Positions 11,544 to 20,121 of a stretch of DNA of 64,000 bases are shown piece by piece (the first letter of the stretch is position 1; the number at the start of each line of letters is the position of its first letter). The translations under genes were made by a program, and so were the position numbers. Under the pieces are notes generated by a model. It searched no databases and was not told the DNA's origin. It worked only from the letters and a program-made list of their open reading frames with translations. The stretch comes from Schizochytrium sp. TIO01 (taxonomy: Eukaryota; Protista; Bigyra: Labyrinthulomycetes), in assembly GCA_004764695.1 (NCBI GenBank), contig SMSO01000014.1, positions 6,190,029-6,254,028 on the forward strand, in the 5' to 3' direction.

Positions 11544-13565
11544 TCAGGACGTGCCGAAAATTGCTACAGGAATGTATGAGTTGTTTGCCAATGTTAGTCC
11601 ACATGACATCGGGACACATACTAGGTCTTCAGTCGATGCAATGTCAGGGTCAACGATATCGCCACAACATGGAAAATTAGTTTCACCGAAGAAAACCTGA
11701 CTCAATGTTGTGTCTGATAGGTCTTCACTCACATCAGTTCTAACGATGGTAAGTGTAAGGCCATCCTCCGACAGACTTACATAAGTACTATCAATTATCT
11801 CCGACGAATCACTAAAACCATAGTAACTTGAAGAAGATAGAGGACTCCATCTAAAGGGATGTGAAGTTGCATTTTCTGTTGCAGGTGTTGGCACTAAGAA
11901 GGCAACTGCTCGATCAAACACTATTTCAATTTCATCCGAACTTATCTTAGTCATACTACTAATTTGCGCTGGCTCCTCCGACATGTACAACTGTCGAAAG
12001 GCTCTGTAACCGACAGGTCCTCTCAGGCGCGGAACGCCTACTTTCTCTTTACCAAATGCAGTCGAGTCATCGGCATTTTCACACCAACCCTTGATAAACC
12101 AGGGTTGACTTGCAATCGACGATTCGGAACATGATGCGTTACTAAGAGTAATTGTACCTTCAGTTCTATAATAAGGATCTGGTAAATCGTACACACTCAC
12201 ATATGTTGTCAAGGAATCGCCTAGAGATTCAACTGTATCGTGGAAAGCAAGTCTAGCCTTTGTTGCGAGGCCTGCTGAATTTATATCCTGGACATCAACA
12301 CCGATAATTGCAATTTTAGACAGCGGATGTGCTTCGCGCCAATAATTTGTGAAAAAGTAATCATAATATTTATCTTGAAAATCTGAAACATCGTCCTCCG
12401 TCATAAAACTGTTACCATATTGAACTAAGAGAGCTTCCACAGTGCTGGACTCGAGTTGATGAAACCCCTGTTCATAGCCGGTCTCGTCACTCAAAGAGTC
12501 AATCTCGTATGGGTACCAATTACCGATACTTATTTGAGGTAATGAAATCACTACAAGTCCTATGAAATTAGTATCAGGGTATTCCTCTAAGTAATTTAGT
12601 GCAAAACTGTAACACGATGAAGAAGCATCTTCAAGACTCTCTTCAGAATTTGACCATCCATACGGAAGTGGATCCGATGCAATCGTGGCAATACCATACC
12701 TCATGTGAAAAATTCGAGAGTCGTAGCGAGATCGAAAGGAATCTGCTGCAAGGTCATGTTCTATAGGCAGTGCACTCGACTCTTCGCCAGCGCAAATAAA
12801 AACAACCCCAAATTGAAGATTTGATACAACAAATGTGTTATCAGCATAAAGATCCCACCTCGAATAGGGATATAATGTAGTTATATTCGTACCCACCTGT
12901 ACTGTGATAACTTGACCATCAGTATCGATTGAACATTCCCTCGTGATTTCTTCATCGCTATCGACATTGATCAATGTGCAAGTCTGGATATCAGAAGATA
13001 TACTCAGACCAAGGGGTTCGTAGTAAAGACCGAATGTGCCATCAGTGTCTAATTGAATAACAAGATTACCGGATGCAAGATAGGGGTCTTTGCCGCTTGT
13101 ATAACTAGAGCCCGTAATCGCCTCTATATCACTGGCTGTGCGCGCAGTTGGCGCAGTTGTGGGTCCTGATGTAGTTGGAGCTCCAGCGACGGTAGGATAT
13201 GGTGTCGGGTTTAGAGTCGGTGCATTTGTAGATTGGGGATCGTTGCTATCTGCCGTTGGACTAGAAGTAACCTCCTCAATTATATTTGCATAGTCATCGG
13301 AATTACTTGATGTGGAACTTGATGTTGTCGATGAAGAACTAGACAATGAATCGCATACAATTTTTTCACTTGTGAATGCCACCTCCACTGATGTACTATG
13401 GTTGAGTGGAATACATACTCCTGTCTCCTGAACAGAAATGTACATGGCGACTAATACAAGACTAATCATCAAGAGCGGATTGATTAGGATAAACCATAAT
13501 CGAAGAGCACTTGCGACAAAATGACTAGACGTTGAGTTACTCTTTTTACGCATGTTTACTGACAT
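11544..13565 (-). CDS. Membrane-anchored sialate O-acetylesterase (SASA/SGNH)-like protein, catalytically degenerate
   Basis: VSNLQFGVVFICAGEESSALP resembles DVxxGxVWLCSGQSNM; ASSSCYSFALNY...FIGLV resembles FSAVCYxFA...PIGLI; GVPRLRGPVGYR resembles IHPxNKxxVGxR; N-terminal TM and PT stalk. Confidence 0.6.
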   Translation of the reverse strand: MSVNMRKKSNSTSSHFVASALRLWFILINPLLMISLVLVAMYISVQETGVCIPLNHSTSVEVAFTSEKIVCDSLSSSSSTTSSSTSSNSDDYANIIEEVTSSPTADSNDPQSTNAPTLNPTPYPTVAGAPTTSGPTTAPTARTASDIEAITGSSYTSGKDPYLASGNLVIQLDTDGTFGLYYEPLGLSISSDIQTCTLINVDSDEEITRECSIDTDGQVITVQVGTNITTLYPYSRWDLYADNTFVVSNLQFGVVFICAGEESSALPIEHDLAADSFRSRYDSRIFHMRYGIATIASDPLPYGWSNSEESLEDASSSCYSFALNYLEEYPDTNFIGLVVISLPQISIGNWYPYEIDSLSDETGYEQGFHQLESSTVEALLVQYGNSFMTEDDVSDFQDKYYDYFFTNYWREAHPLSKIAIIGVDVQDINSAGLATKARLAFHDTVESLGDSLTTYVSVYDLPDPYYRTEGTITLSNASCSESSIASQPWFIKGWCENADDSTAFGKEKVGVPRLRGPVGYRAFRQLYMSEEPAQISSMTKISSDEIEIVFDRAVAFLVPTPATENATSHPFRWSPLSSSSYYGFSDSSEIIDSTYVSLSEDGLTLTIVRTDVSEDLSDTTLSQVFFGETNFPCCGDIVDPDIASTEDLVCVPMSCGLTLANNSYIPVAIFGTS

Positions 13566-13631
13566 GCTTCTATCTATCTAATAATTTATGTTCAAATATC
13601 ATATGTATGTTAGTTATATAGTTTTACTTGT

Positions 13632-14753
13632 TCACTCCATCTGTGGGATTTGTGAATATTCAACCCTGGGAATAATAACGTCTACAAAATGCCAATGAAA
13701 CATAGACAAACTAAGAAGAAGTGTTGTTAAAATGGCATTCATGAGGAATGTACTACTGAGCATACTTCTTTCCGCCATTTTAATGACGCGGGTGATATTC
13801 TCATGCTTGATTGTATTATAATACGGAGACTCGACTGCGCTTGTTGATAAGAACGTACTTGATGCGTCATTTACTGGTTCTGCACTACCATAAAGTACTT
13901 TAGCTATGTAAATTGCAGCGTGATCATCCTCTTCTTGAAAACGAAGTGCATATGCGTCGTGGATATCACAGTATGCCACGCTACCTAACACAGCACGATA
14001 AACAAACGCTGCACATACAAACACAGTGTAAGAATTACATAGTTGAGCACATTCGTCCAAGGATATTCTACTAAAACTCTGGACTAGATTTTCACTTGAA
14101 AGTGTCATGTTTATGATGGGTTCCTGGAAGCCTGAAAAATATTCATCGTTCGTATTATATTCAACGGTTGGTGGATACGTTGGAAACCTACCGTAGCAGA
14201 GATGGGGTTCCATCAGCCAGATGGAACGTACAAGGTTATTCGTATTTGTAGTATCCAATGAAGCACGGGGTAAACGTTCCGCATAGGTGCTGTTTTCATC
14301 AAATGTTATCGTTTCGCCTATGTAACAACTCATGAGATTACACGTGTACAACACATCAGTATAAACTGTTTCTATGCGTATGGACCTACATTTGAAATCC
14401 TCGAGTTCCAAGCATTGTTCAACACATGCTTCATATGCTTCCGCACCAGTTACACGGGCTGATACTTGAGTGGTGTAGCCACTATCGCATGTGTAATATG
14501 TAGCAGAGGGAATGACACTCGACTTAAGTGCATCTGTATCAACAAGTCCATACTGGCATGTTTCAGTCCAGTTAGATTCATCTAGTGTGATGTTTACATC
14601 AAATATACAGTCTAAAACATTACCATATGCAGAATTTACTTCAGACACCTGATCTGATGACGAGCAGTTCCACGAACTGGATTTCACTGGTGTGCCTGAT
14701 GTGTTCGAAATAAGAATAATTAGAATAATGAAGTTGTGAATGTGCTTAAACAT
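13632..14753 (-). CDS. Secreted/type I membrane protein with two PAN/apple-like domains
   Basis: Signal peptide; ACVEQCLELEDFKCRSI...CNL and ECAQLCNSYTVFVCAAFVY...CDI cysteine patterns; C-terminal TM. Confidence 0.7.
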   Translation of the reverse strand: MFKHIHNFIILIILISNTSGTPVKSSSWNCSSSDQVSEVNSAYGNVLDCIFDVNITLDESNWTETCQYGLVDTDALKSSVIPSATYYTCDSGYTTQVSARVTGAEAYEACVEQCLELEDFKCRSIRIETVYTDVLYTCNLMSCYIGETITFDENSTYAERLPRASLDTTNTNNLVRSIWLMEPHLCYGRFPTYPPTVEYNTNDEYFSGFQEPIINMTLSSENLVQSFSRISLDECAQLCNSYTVFVCAAFVYRAVLGSVAYCDIHDAYALRFQEEDDHAAIYIAKVLYGSAEPVNDASSTFLSTSAVESPYYNTIKHENITRVIKMAERSMLSSTFLMNAILTTLLLSLSMFHWHFVDVIIPRVEYSQIPQME

Positions 14754-15309
14754 TACTAGGGATTATAATTCTTCTCTTCTCACCCTTTATGAAAAGATCT
14801 GCCATATGATATGATAGAACGCTGTAAAGTAGCCCGCTTAATATACTTACGACACACACAAAAAGTTTCACATTGTTAAAAATGACTTGACCTTGCACAG
14901 TGTACGTGTAATCTAATGAATGCATTGTTTTAACCAAAGTGGCAGTGTCGTCTACATCTGTATCATATTGATATTCAAGCGTGAAGACATCATAGGATAC
15001 ATTTTCAATCAGTGTGACAGCTTTGAAGGTGGGGAATACAATACAGCTTCTAAGAACTGATGAATAACCTACCGCTTCACAATCTTGTGCCATGACACAT
15101 AGGTTTAAACAAGCTGATTCTTTAGTAACCCCTTCAATATAAGTTGCATCACTAGTGTTATCCGGCAGAGTGCTAGGATATGTGCTTACATTATAGAATG
15201 CTTCAGAATTTTTAATAAAGAGTAAAAATGCAAGTAGGACTTTATTTTGGAAGCCCATCATATTACTTACTGTGTGCGGTACAGAGATAGTTTTTTTATA
15301 CATATACAT
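14746..15309 (-). CDS. Small type I membrane protein with one PAN/apple-like domain
   Basis: Signal-like segment, ACLNLCVMAQDCEAVGYSSVLRSCIVF, C-terminal TM; stop overlaps the next gene's ATG by 8 nt. Confidence 0.65.
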   Translation of the reverse strand: MYMYKKTISVPHTVSNMMGFQNKVLLAFLLFIKNSEAFYNVSTYPSTLPDNTSDATYIEGVTKESACLNLCVMAQDCEAVGYSSVLRSCIVFPTFKAVTLIENVSYDVFTLEYQYDTDVDDTATLVKTMHSLDYTYTVQGQVIFNNVKLFVCVVSILSGLLYSVLSYHMADLFIKGEKRRIIIPSNV

Positions 15310-15568
15310 GACTAAGGATAAATACTTATATCTCTAGTGGTATCTTTCTTTTAATTAGCAATGAGAGCGTTTTTAGAACTTATCACGAAAGTTCTTACTT
15401 CAACACCAATTATGATTGCTTTTGAGGTTTTAGCCCTGCATATAATCAACGAAAAGCTAGGTGCAGTTAGTGCTACATTCCTCGTATTACCGTACACTTG
15501 TTTATTTAACTTACTCGCCCTTGGTTGTTTTAAGTGGTAAACCCGCGACGAGGGAGTGCAGTGCAAGG

Positions 15569-16291
15569 ATGCAGGATAAGAGACGTGCGAAGCGCGTGCG
15601 GTTTAACTTACCAACCGAGGGCGAGAGGCGAGGGGCGAATGAAGAGGACGCGATGTGTGGTCCATCCATAGAGACAGTTATATGCCCACTCCATGGCGCA
15701 GTCCAAGAATCTTGTGGATATCATTGCAAGGAAATCAAACAACATTCAGTGATCACGCGGCAGTCAATCAGTGATCGGACACTAGCTCTTAACACAGAGT
15801 ATTTAAAGATCGATCGCACAAATCCACAAGAATGTATCATTTTCTGTCAAAAGATGACGCAGTTATACATCGATAAGGGACTGCTTGAAATTGGGATCCA
15901 GGGGAATGGAAATAATGTTATCATGGATCACGAAACTGAAGAATATAGCACAGCGGAGTTGCGAAAAGATATCAAGGAACTTGGTGATTATAGAAGAAGT
16001 GACAAGTTGAAGAAACTAATTAATGAATATCTCATTCTCCGGGAAAACTATACAAACCGTACCTTCCTTCGTGAGAAGAACGCATTTTCTGTTTATGTGG
16101 AAATGGTATCAGCTTCAGAAGACCTTAGTGATCAAATTGAGCAGATGATGCTACGCGAGGCAACTGAGTATGTGATTTCTCAGAAATATTCAGAATCCGC
16201 TCGGCGTGTTAGGAATAGGGAGTTTGAAATCAACTTTCTGTTTTCTTACTTTTCACCCATGGAATTAGGCTGTATTTTCGAGACAGAGTAA
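15569..16291 (+). CDS. Unrecognised protein with basic NLS-like N-terminus (KRRAKRVRF) and a C/H cluster
   Basis: Intact frame; first ATG at 15569; CPLH...CGYHC; no family recognised. Confidence 0.55.
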   Translation: MQDKRRAKRVRFNLPTEGERRGANEEDAMCGPSIETVICPLHGAVQESCGYHCKEIKQHSVITRQSISDRTLALNTEYLKIDRTNPQECIIFCQKMTQLYIDKGLLEIGIQGNGNNVIMDHETEEYSTAELRKDIKELGDYRRSDKLKKLINEYLILRENYTNRTFLREKNAFSVYVEMVSASEDLSDQIEQMMLREATEYVISQKYSESARRVRNREFEINFLFSYFSPMELGCIFETE

Positions 16292-16392
16292 CAATTGGTA
16301 AAATATATCTTTTTAATTTTGATTTTAATTTTAATTTTAAGAATGTAAATAATTATTTTAAAAAAAATAGAAACAATGGTTTCAACTACACT

Positions 16393-16921
16393 TACATTAA
16401 CTAAAGAAACTCAAACTGGTGGCCCTCAAGGTTTTTTACAGACCTGTCTATTAATTAGTACCTGCATTGATCACGAATTTGATCATATCTACCTACACAA
16501 ACGAAACATATAGTCACTGAAACGATTTACACTCCCTCGCTCGCTTATCGTTCTATTCCTACCTAGTTATTTTCGTCTTACCAAACTCATAATAAAGCAA
16601 TCCCAGCTATTTTCGCCTATGAGAGTGCTACCAGGCCTCCTAGTAAACCGTCCTAACTATTTTCACATTAACCCGGTACTACATTAACTAAAGAAACTCA
16701 AACTGGTGGCCCTCAAGGTTTTTTACAGACCTGTCTATTAATTAGTACCTGCGTTGATCACGAATTTGATCATATCTACCTACACAAACGAAAGATCTTA
16801 CTTATTTTCGTCTTACCAAACTCATAATAAAGCCATCCCAACTATTTTCGCCTATGAGAGTGCTACCAGGCCTCCTAGTAAACCGTCCTAACTATTTTCG
16901 CCTATGATACATTAACCCGGT
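16393..16921. repeat. Imperfect tandem duplication containing six copies of an ~18-bp motif, approximately CCYARYTATTTTCGYCTW
   Basis: 114-bp block 16393-16506 equals 16680-16793 (1 mismatch); ~98-bp block 16567-16664 matches 16802-16899; motif copies at 16562, 16602, 16652, 16797, 16837, 16887. Confidence 0.92.
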
Positions 16922-17018
16922 CATATATTTTAAAGTATTCATGTATCTATGAATTAGTTATATTATACCATTATCCCGAAGGTTTACCTTCACGGCAGAC
17001 CCGAAACGCGCTGGCAAA

Positions 17019-19085
17019 ATGCGTAGATTTACAACTACTTTGAGACAAGCCGCGAGGGGGATGATCAGTTCCCGCAACGATCCTAGTGCCCAATTTAGAC
17101 CTGTGCAACCTTTTCAAGAGCTGGCTTTGAGAACCATCGATGAGAATAAAACACAGATCGCGGAGGCATCCGAAGAGCTAAAAAGGTCAGGTACACGACT
17201 GGATGAGCTTTATGCTGATCGAAGAGCATTTATGAACAAAATTAGTGAATTAGAAAGCTCGTTTAGCAGCCAAGTGTCAGAAGAAGATGCTGTTTTTATT
17301 AGAGCGCATGTATCAACCCTTGGTGATGATGTGTCAGACGAAGAGGTTGATCGGCACGTTGCACAACTAGAACGTAACGAAAAGCGGCAATTCAAGTCGG
17401 CGATGCGAATCTTTAAAGATATCTATGAGGAAAAAAGTTTCCTAAAGCATATTCTCGATGATATATCTGACGAAAAAAGCTATCGGGATAAACTTTTTGA
17501 TGAAAGGAGCAAACTTCTAAAGATTAATAATGGGCTGCTGGACTCTATGAACGAAAGAATATCCCCCGCTCCTGTTATCGATGCCTTAAGCACGGAATGT
17601 CCAGTCTTGGATCAAAGCGATCCAGGCCAGTCCAATCCAACAGATCTTTCTAACATGAAGAACTACTATGCAACACCTGTGAAAGTACGTAATTTGCCTA
17701 TAAGTTCATTCGTGAGCTATTGCGCGGCAAAGCATTACATTGAGCGCCTCGAAAGGACCCATACAACCCACAACGTGGAGAAAATGATGAAAATTCTAAA
17801 AACTCGTAGATTAGGTGCCGAGGCGTCGATTACCGCACCATTCAGTGACATGTTCAGTATAGTTGAACAAACCTTAAAAGAGGAAGAGAGTCTTGATCTC
17901 CCCAAGGATATCGTTCTTCTTATCGGTAACACGAGACATATTGTAGGCAATCCAGACTTTGGTATACTTTGTCGTAATCACGATCCAGATGCTGAAGAGG
18001 TACCAGTGATTGTTGGCGAATTCAAAGGTCTTGGTTATCAATTCGACGATCTCGCTGAGCACTATTGTGACGCAGGATGTCAAGATGAAGCTTGTGAGTC
18101 GCAGCGGCATACAAGAGACTCAATTATTCGCCAGTTGTACAATTACATGGTACGAAACGGTGTCTTTGTTGGCATCTACACCAACTATAAGCAGACGTTT
18201 GGGTTATACAGAGACTGTTCAGGAAATTTGCTGACCTCTGAGCCAATTTCAGAAAACACCGAGGGGAATATAGAGCAGGGTCAGGTCAGCGTACTACAGT
18301 TTCTTGCACTCAGTATTATGATTGCCTACGATGGTGCGGTACCCGAATTCGAAGGTAGCGGTATAGATGGTTTGCTTATACCCTGTCCAGACGGTCATCA
18401 AGGTGGTCCTTGTCAAGGTCACACAAAGCTACCAGAGGCTTGCAATGCGAAAAATGACCGCAAAATAAATAAACATGAAACTTATAATTCTCCACCGGAC
18501 GATAGCTTCATCGGTTTACACCTGACTTCAGATGGAGAGCCATTATACTTCATTGATCTACACGATCGGGAGCATCTAGTACCTGGGTCCACAGGTCAAG
18601 TGGTGCGTGCTCGGATGCCGCTGAAGTCAGGCGAAGTGGACACCGTGTTGAAGATGTTGGACACGTTTAAGGAGCAAGAGAAGATACCTGAACTTAAACA
18701 TGAAGCTTCAATCTACAGGGAACTTGCCTCGCTACAGGGCGAATGCATCCCGGAGTTTGTCGATATTGGTTACTTTAGGGAGGGTTTTCTATACGCTCTT
18801 GGCACTGTCTATTCAGGTGAGAATGTTTCGAGTGAGGCAACTTTCAGTAACGAGTTCGTGGACAAGGCCGTTGAGTCTCTAGTCAAAATCCACGACCATG
18901 GTGTTTTACACGGCGATTTGAGCAAGAACAATATTCTTCGTCACAAAGAAACAGGAGAACCTATGTTCATCGACTTTGCCTTATCCGAGCGTGCTGATAC
19001 TATGAGTTCAGATGACTTCGAGAAGTCTAGGGAAGCGGAGTGCAAGCAACTTCGAAACATGCTGGCTAAATCTAGTAACTTATAA
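17019..19085 (+). CDS. Coiled-coil + PD-(D/E)xK restriction-endonuclease-fold + protein kinase (Crinkler-type REase-kinase architecture)
   Basis: GNPDF...IVGEFKG...IIRQLYNYM....GIYTNYKQT nuclease signature; kinase GSTGQV, VLK, HEASIY, HGVLHGDLSKNNIL, IDFALS; ORF intact. Confidence 0.75.
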   Translation: MRRFTTTLRQAARGMISSRNDPSAQFRPVQPFQELALRTIDENKTQIAEASEELKRSGTRLDELYADRRAFMNKISELESSFSSQVSEEDAVFIRAHVSTLGDDVSDEEVDRHVAQLERNEKRQFKSAMRIFKDIYEEKSFLKHILDDISDEKSYRDKLFDERSKLLKINNGLLDSMNERISPAPVIDALSTECPVLDQSDPGQSNPTDLSNMKNYYATPVKVRNLPISSFVSYCAAKHYIERLERTHTTHNVEKMMKILKTRRLGAEASITAPFSDMFSIVEQTLKEEESLDLPKDIVLLIGNTRHIVGNPDFGILCRNHDPDAEEVPVIVGEFKGLGYQFDDLAEHYCDAGCQDEACESQRHTRDSIIRQLYNYMVRNGVFVGIYTNYKQTFGLYRDCSGNLLTSEPISENTEGNIEQGQVSVLQFLALSIMIAYDGAVPEFEGSGIDGLLIPCPDGHQGGPCQGHTKLPEACNAKNDRKINKHETYNSPPDDSFIGLHLTSDGEPLYFIDLHDREHLVPGSTGQVVRARMPLKSGEVDTVLKMLDTFKEQEKIPELKHEASIYRELASLQGECIPEFVDIGYFREGFLYALGTVYSGENVSSEATFSNEFVDKAVESLVKIHDHGVLHGDLSKNNILRHKETGEPMFIDFALSERADTMSSDDFEKSREAECKQLRNMLAKSSNL

Positions 19086-19132
19086 CATAGGTAGGTATGA
19101 AGAATCTAGATACATAAACAAAAGAACTCAAT

Positions 19133-19864
19133 TTAGTTCATGTTTACTTCTTTTAATTCGAAGTCGACGACGAGCCTTGGAAGAATTACTTCATAACGTA
19201 GATTCACATAAACGGGTTTGTGCGGCCCATCAAAACCATTCATAAAGAATACCGGGTTCTCATAAGCCTTCGTTTGGATTGATGCGAGGTGGCTGGCTAA
19301 ATTTTGAGCTTTGACTAAAACGCTATATTGAACAACCTGATTGGTTCTACCAGGCTTCGATAGTTGCTTAATAAAGGCAAACTTGATGTGTCTCGAAAAC
19401 TTTAGACTAAGTGCTTTGGGGTCAATAATGTTATCTTGTAAACCAAAGAAGTTACTCGAGTTCGCACGATGATTCCCAATAGCACTATAAACCGTGAGTT
19501 GAATCAAATCACCAGAAGCATCATTCTTGTGACACTCATAACGAGTAGATTGTACGTAATTTGTAATTACACGAATACGCGGAATAATTAAGCGATGGCT
19601 CTGTACGGGCGACATATGTGTTCTAAAATAGTACACATTTTCAAGTTCTAAACCCGAGGTAATGTTTTTCCATGCTTTGGATCTGGGGATGACATCAACC
19701 ATCACATGCTTGTTCGTCCCCCAGTTCATTTGAATATGATGCGCGTGATATATCTTATTCAAGATTTGAAGCCATTCATCTGGTTCATCCGAAAGCTCAT
19801 TCTTAATCGCACCCAAAGCGGATGCTAACTTATCCGATGAATTCACTACGCAACTAAAGTACAT
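19133..19864 (-). CDS. Unrecognised protein, 243 aa
   Basis: Intact ATG-initiated AT-rich ORF convergent with the kinase gene; no family recognised. Confidence 0.55.
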   Translation of the reverse strand: MYFSCVVNSSDKLASALGAIKNELSDEPDEWLQILNKIYHAHHIQMNWGTNKHVMVDVIPRSKAWKNITSGLELENVYYFRTHMSPVQSHRLIIPRIRVITNYVQSTRYECHKNDASGDLIQLTVYSAIGNHRANSSNFFGLQDNIIDPKALSLKFSRHIKFAFIKQLSKPGRTNQVVQYSVLVKAQNLASHLASIQTKAYENPVFFMNGFDGPHKPVYVNLRYEVILPRLVVDFELKEVNMN

Positions 19865-20121
19865 AAACCCGTAAAGATATTACTGATCCATTTAGTAACC
19901 AGATATGAGTGCTACTCAAGGTGGTCATGAGCTCTTTTGAACTAGATGATCCTACAAAAATAGTGGAAGAGCAATCAATCCCTTTTAAGTAAGATATTGA
20001 CTGCAAAGGATCAGTGTCTGCAACACAAAGACATTTTTTCTAGATTTTATAAATTAATGTTTGTGCAGAACATATGATGAGTTCATCTAAAGTATGTTAT
20101 CTACAAGCATGCGTTCATTGA

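Noticed and set aside
16562-16904. Repeat-spacer pattern resembling a CRISPR array
   Set aside because: The spacers are themselves duplicated and unequal (22, 32 and 127 bp), repeats are short and degenerate, there are no cas genes, and the context is eukaryotic
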